Shown: one piece after another, positions 59,819-64,000 of the stretch
Position numbering within the stretch: the stretch's first letter is position 1
Layout of the letters: each line of letters begins with the position of its first letter
Assembly (NCBI GenBank): GCA_964016885.1
Contig: OZ024745.1
Coordinates: forward strand, 106,082,001 to 106,146,000
DNA: 64,000 nt
Direction of reading: 5' to 3'
From: Eledone cirrhosa
Taxonomy: Eukaryota
Made by a program: the position numbers and the translations under genes
Notes under the pieces: model-generated
Databases searched by the model: none
The model's input: the letters and a program-made list of their open reading frames with translations, nothing else
Told to the model about the DNA's origin: nothing

Positions 59819-60166
59819 CACACACAATCAAACACATGCTTACGCACGTGCTCAAGTATAGCTCTTTTTAAAAAACGTTTTTTTCTTCCATTTCAGGTAG
59901 ACGCGCGCCATCATCCACTTTTCTAAAAAACAATTCATACACAAATCGCCAGCACCAACAGTTTTGCAAGAGATGTCAACATGAATAAACCTGTTATTTT
60001 TATCTAAAGACATGTTTTCCAATTCAATCCCGACCTTCTCCTCAATCTATTTTATTTCTCATTGATGAAGGACTAGCGTCCGAAACGTTAAGGCTATGTC
60101 AAGCGTTAACCTAATATATCCCTTACATATACTGTACCGATTGTGTTGCTATTTCTGTTTACATTT

Positions 60167-60168
<2 letters not shown>
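57625..60168 (+). mobile_element. 5'-truncated PLE4, Neptune-like
   Basis: KPADKGGAVVVW, LPKIHK, DITSLYTVIPH, GVAMGTRMGPNYANLF, YSRYIDD, KPTDS, SIPYSQ, GIY-YIG region RMADRFAEHL; HHR-like TTGATGAA-GGAC TAGC GTCC-GAAACGTT at 60062-60090. Confidence 0.9.
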
Positions 60169-60205
<37 letters not shown>

Positions 60206-60209
<4 letters not shown>

Positions 60210-60893
60210 ATTTGAATGGATACAGTTTAGTTGAAAGGAATTTATTGACACGTGTTTCTATAACAGTTACATAACCTGAAAACAGCTGCTATCTACAAAG
60301 TATTAGTTATGCAGACATTCAATATTTACTGTCATTTCATCAGAATAATATTACTGAGGACCTGTTTGGTTTTTATAGAGAATATTAGGAGGGAGGGGTG
60401 AAGTTGTTAGAAGAATAGTTGACGGAGTGGTTTTTTGATAGCAGTGAGAATTTTTGGTGGCAGTGAGTAATTAGATTCCCATCTGTTGTTTTGACATTTT
60501 TATAGAATGTATTATTGGTTATTTTTCTAAATCTATAGAAGGATTAGAGATAGTAAAGATTCGCGTGGTTGGTTTTGTGTTTGCACTTAATTAACATTCA
60601 GACTTAAATTTTTCTTTCAAGTGTACGTATCCTTTCGCCCACGCATTCACACACAAACATATTTGCACACCTCTACAAAATACATATACTCACATTCACA
60701 TAGTAACATGTTCATACTTACATACATATACACATGCATACATATATACATACACACATGTATTCATGTACATACATACGCGCTCATGTGTATACATTTT
60801 CATACTCAACTTATCTTTATATACACACGTATAGACACACACATATATACATACATACTCTAGTCTATGTGTATATATATATATACACACATA

Positions 60894-60975
<82 letters not shown>

Positions 60976-63280
60976 TATGTAAGCACTTTAATACATGAAT
61001 ACACTTACATCTAACTATACACATCAAACATATATATATATTTACTTATTTATATACATTTTCACATATATATACATACTTATGGTCGCTTTTAGACACA
61101 TTCATTATCGCATATTTGCACCTATTCTCATCAGCATATCTTTCCATTATTAGTGTGCTAATTTAAGGTTATTAATATACATATATATATATGTTGAGAA
61201 GAGTTTGTTTTTATATTTTTCTAACTAGATTGAGGTTTATATAGTTGGGGGGATGTCCCTCTTTTATGTAATATTCTGCTTGTAGTGGGAAAAAAGGGTT
61301 TTAGTTCAGTGACGGCAGAATAATGTTCGTTCAATTCTGTTATTCAGCAATTTCTTCTTGTGTGTGATTATGTAATAAATCTCAAGATTACACAATTTGC
61401 AGAAATTTTGGCTCCTGCAAAAGCTTTGGGTTTTAGCTAATTTCTCCCATTTTAGGGTAAACTTTTGATCGCTATCCCTGAGCGTCCAAGCTTTTTCTGC
61501 TAAAGTTGTTACATTTCTTTGGCTCTGGTGTTTTATTGAGTAAGAATGCCTATATAATCGAGATTTAAACGATGTTGCCGTTGATCCCACGTAATACCAC
61601 TCGTTGCCTCCGGATTTAATGGTACACTTATAAATAATATTTTTTTCTAGGCAGTTATTGCCGAGGGGGCAGTTGTCAGGATAGGTGCAGTTACAGTTGT
61701 GTACGTTGGGTTTTCTCTGGAGTAGTATTGCGGACGAACTTAGGTGTGGTTTATTTATGTTCTGTAGTGTATTGTCTACTGTTTTTTTTGTGTTCTTTGT
61801 ACTTAAGTTTTTATTGTTTTCGTTTAACCTTCTAGTATTGATCTTTTTTATGTGTTGTTCAAGGTAGAGTATGACAGTCTTATAGTGGTAGGGTTTAGGA
61901 TTTTGTGGTATTTGTGTGATGTAGGAAAATGTCTCTTAATTATTTTAAAGAAGAGTACTGGTAAATTTGTACTAATGGAACTATTGTATTCGGGGTTATA
62001 CCATAAGTACTCTTTGCATCACTTTCTATTAGTTTTGTTTGTTGGTTTACTGGTGTGCATACTATGGTAGTAAGTGTGGTTTGGTGTTGTGTTATTATAT
62101 CTACCTATGTGGGATTTATTTTGGGTGTTTTGATTGTTCCCATCTATATACTCTATTTTGTTGAGGTAGCCTGCTTTACTAAGGGCGTTATCGTAGTACT
62201 CGGCGTGTTCCTTAAATACTTGTATGTTAGAAGATAAACCCGAGATTCTAAGGGAAATATTTTTAGGGATAGATTTAATTATAGAGATGGGGTGGTTAGA
62301 CCCAACATTTACGTATTTGAGATTTTCATTCAATTTATGAAACGGTTTAATCAGACCAGAGTTTAAATTGAGTGTGACATCCAGGAAGTTAACTACTTTA
62401 AGGTTGTATTCATATGTTATAGTTAGTCCTATTTCGAGTAGTAGTTTTCTTATATCTTTGCGTAGTTTTTCTAGTTTTTGGTTATTTAGGTTTTTAACTA
62501 GGAGGAGAACATCGTCGCGGTATATTCCGCCGTGGAGATTGCTGAATTTTTCCTGGAGTCTAAAGGCGATAAATAACCCCACAATATCAGTTATTTCCGC
62601 CGAATCGTTAGAGCCCATTGTTATGTCAAAGTTAGAGGGTCTATCTTTACGTACACAATAACTGTTCTCAAATTTGACTATAGTTTTCCTAGCTTCTAAT
62701 ATAATCTTAATTTCATCGTTTGTAAGGTCAGAGTTATCCTTAGCAAACTTAATGGCTCTATTCAAAGTTTCAGGTGATATCGATGAGTACTATTCATCGA
62801 TATCAAACTGGATAAACTTAGATTTATTCTTATTGCTAATGCTATTAAACCATCTTATTGCTTCTTGGGTGTTCCCCCAGAGTTTAATGTTAACCTTAGG
62901 CTTAATTTGGGGGATGATTCTATCTAAGATATATTTGCTTATTTTACCTATATCTGATTTAGAGGGGCAGATTAATCTAATTTTAGGGTCATTATCAAAG
63001 TTTACCTTATGGTCCTTAAGATTGAAGGTGGGTACCGCCGGTAAGAGTGGTCCTGTCCTATCTTCGATTCCGAGATTTTTCACTATTTCGCATGCCTCAT
63101 CATTGATGTGCTTAAGAGTTATTTCATTCGTTTTTCTATATTTTTTATGTAATTCTTTTCGAATGAAGTTGTTGTATGTAGTGCAATCCATAGTATACAT
63201 GTTTGATGTTTTGTCCGCTTTTACTACAATTCCTTTGGTGTTTTTAAGGTCGTCCAGTAGTTTTTTAATATCTTTAATAT
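60206..63280 (-). mobile_element. 5'-truncated PLE3, Naiad-like
   Basis: KADKT, LKDHK, FIQFDI, FDITMGSNDSAEITDIVG, YRDD, NFLDV, SNHP, CNC..CPL..CLEKNIIYKC..YVG, CKLC, CRH. Confidence 0.92.
60242..60348 (-). ncRNA. Type I HHR of PLE3 with extended stem II
   Basis: TTATT-CTGATGA-A-ATGACAGT..(about 60 nt)..ACTGTTAT-A-GAAA-CACGTG-TC-AATAA. Confidence 0.75.
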
Positions 63281-63305
63281 CTATATATATATATATATAT
63301 ATATA

Positions 63306-63929
63306 TTCTCGTGTAGCACCCATCCACCATCTGAGTGAGTTTCTTGGTCAGTGTCCAAGTTTCAGACACATACAGCAGCACAGACTCCACTACAGCAATG
63401 AAGAGACGGATTTTCAGGTCTTTACGAAGGTCCGACTTCCACACCGATCTCAAGCTGTGGCACGCCGCCCAGGCTTTGCTCTTCCTATCAACCACATCAT
63501 CTTCCGTATTCCCAATCTTTGCTCCCAAATATAGGAAGCCCTCAACCAATTCTAGCGGCTTCCCGCCTACATTAGTGATCCCCTCTGGCTTCTCAACATT
63601 CTCTACCAGATATTTTGTTTTAGTCTCATTCATTCTCAGCCCCACACTCATCGACACAGTCTCAACCTCCCGCATCAAATCCTCTGCCTCCCTCACTGTA
63701 TTTGTCACCAAAACTATGTCGTCGGCAAATTCAGCATCCGATACCTTTTTCGCCCTAACTCTCCTGCTCGAAGCCGGTGCTACAGTAAAGCCAGAGTCCT
63801 GGTGTTTCTCCAGTGCAAGGCGCATACAATAGTCCACTACGATGACGCAGGACATGGCAGCGATAATGAGGGACAGAGACCGCTGGAGAGAACTCGCCCA
63901 TGGAATTTTACCCACCTTAGAATAGAATA
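63306..63929. mobile_element. RTE LINE copy with 5' inversion
   Basis: 63306-63843 is minus-strand RT (FADDIVL, FLYLG, ESVLLYVSETW); 63844-63929 is the plus-strand 3' tail with (TAGAA)n. Confidence 0.85.
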
Positions 63930-64000
63930 AAATATATATATTCAAATTAAAATGAAGAATTAGAAATAGGACTATCCATCATCAGTGGTCTACTAGCCAT

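Noticed and set aside
62674-63945. ORFs appearing to fuse RTE and PLE sequences
   Set aside because: Read-through across the (TA)n junction and the inversion point; 62674-63534 is antisense to both.

Overview
Eukaryotic, AT-rich, repeat-saturated DNA with no convincing host gene. The SINE types and the (TA)n/(CA)n load resemble an octopod cephalopod genome (inference). Most listed ORFs are microsatellite read-through. All real coding remnants are retroelements: five decayed Penelope-like elements (PLEs, RT + GIY-YIG) from at least three lineages, one near-full-length RTE LINE, and several RTE fragments. There are also two tRNA-SINE families and a non-autonomous Helitron. The layer the ORF track misses is RNA-structural. 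About 20 type I hammerhead ribozyme (HHR) motifs can be folded by eye, many inside short non-coding tail-out palindromic inserts wedged into (TA)n tracts. One is a 463-bp tandem retrozyme-like array that carries an octamer motif. Unrelated families share an ACTC...GAGTRC hairpin near their 3' ends. All structures and coordinates were read manually and need computational confirmation.
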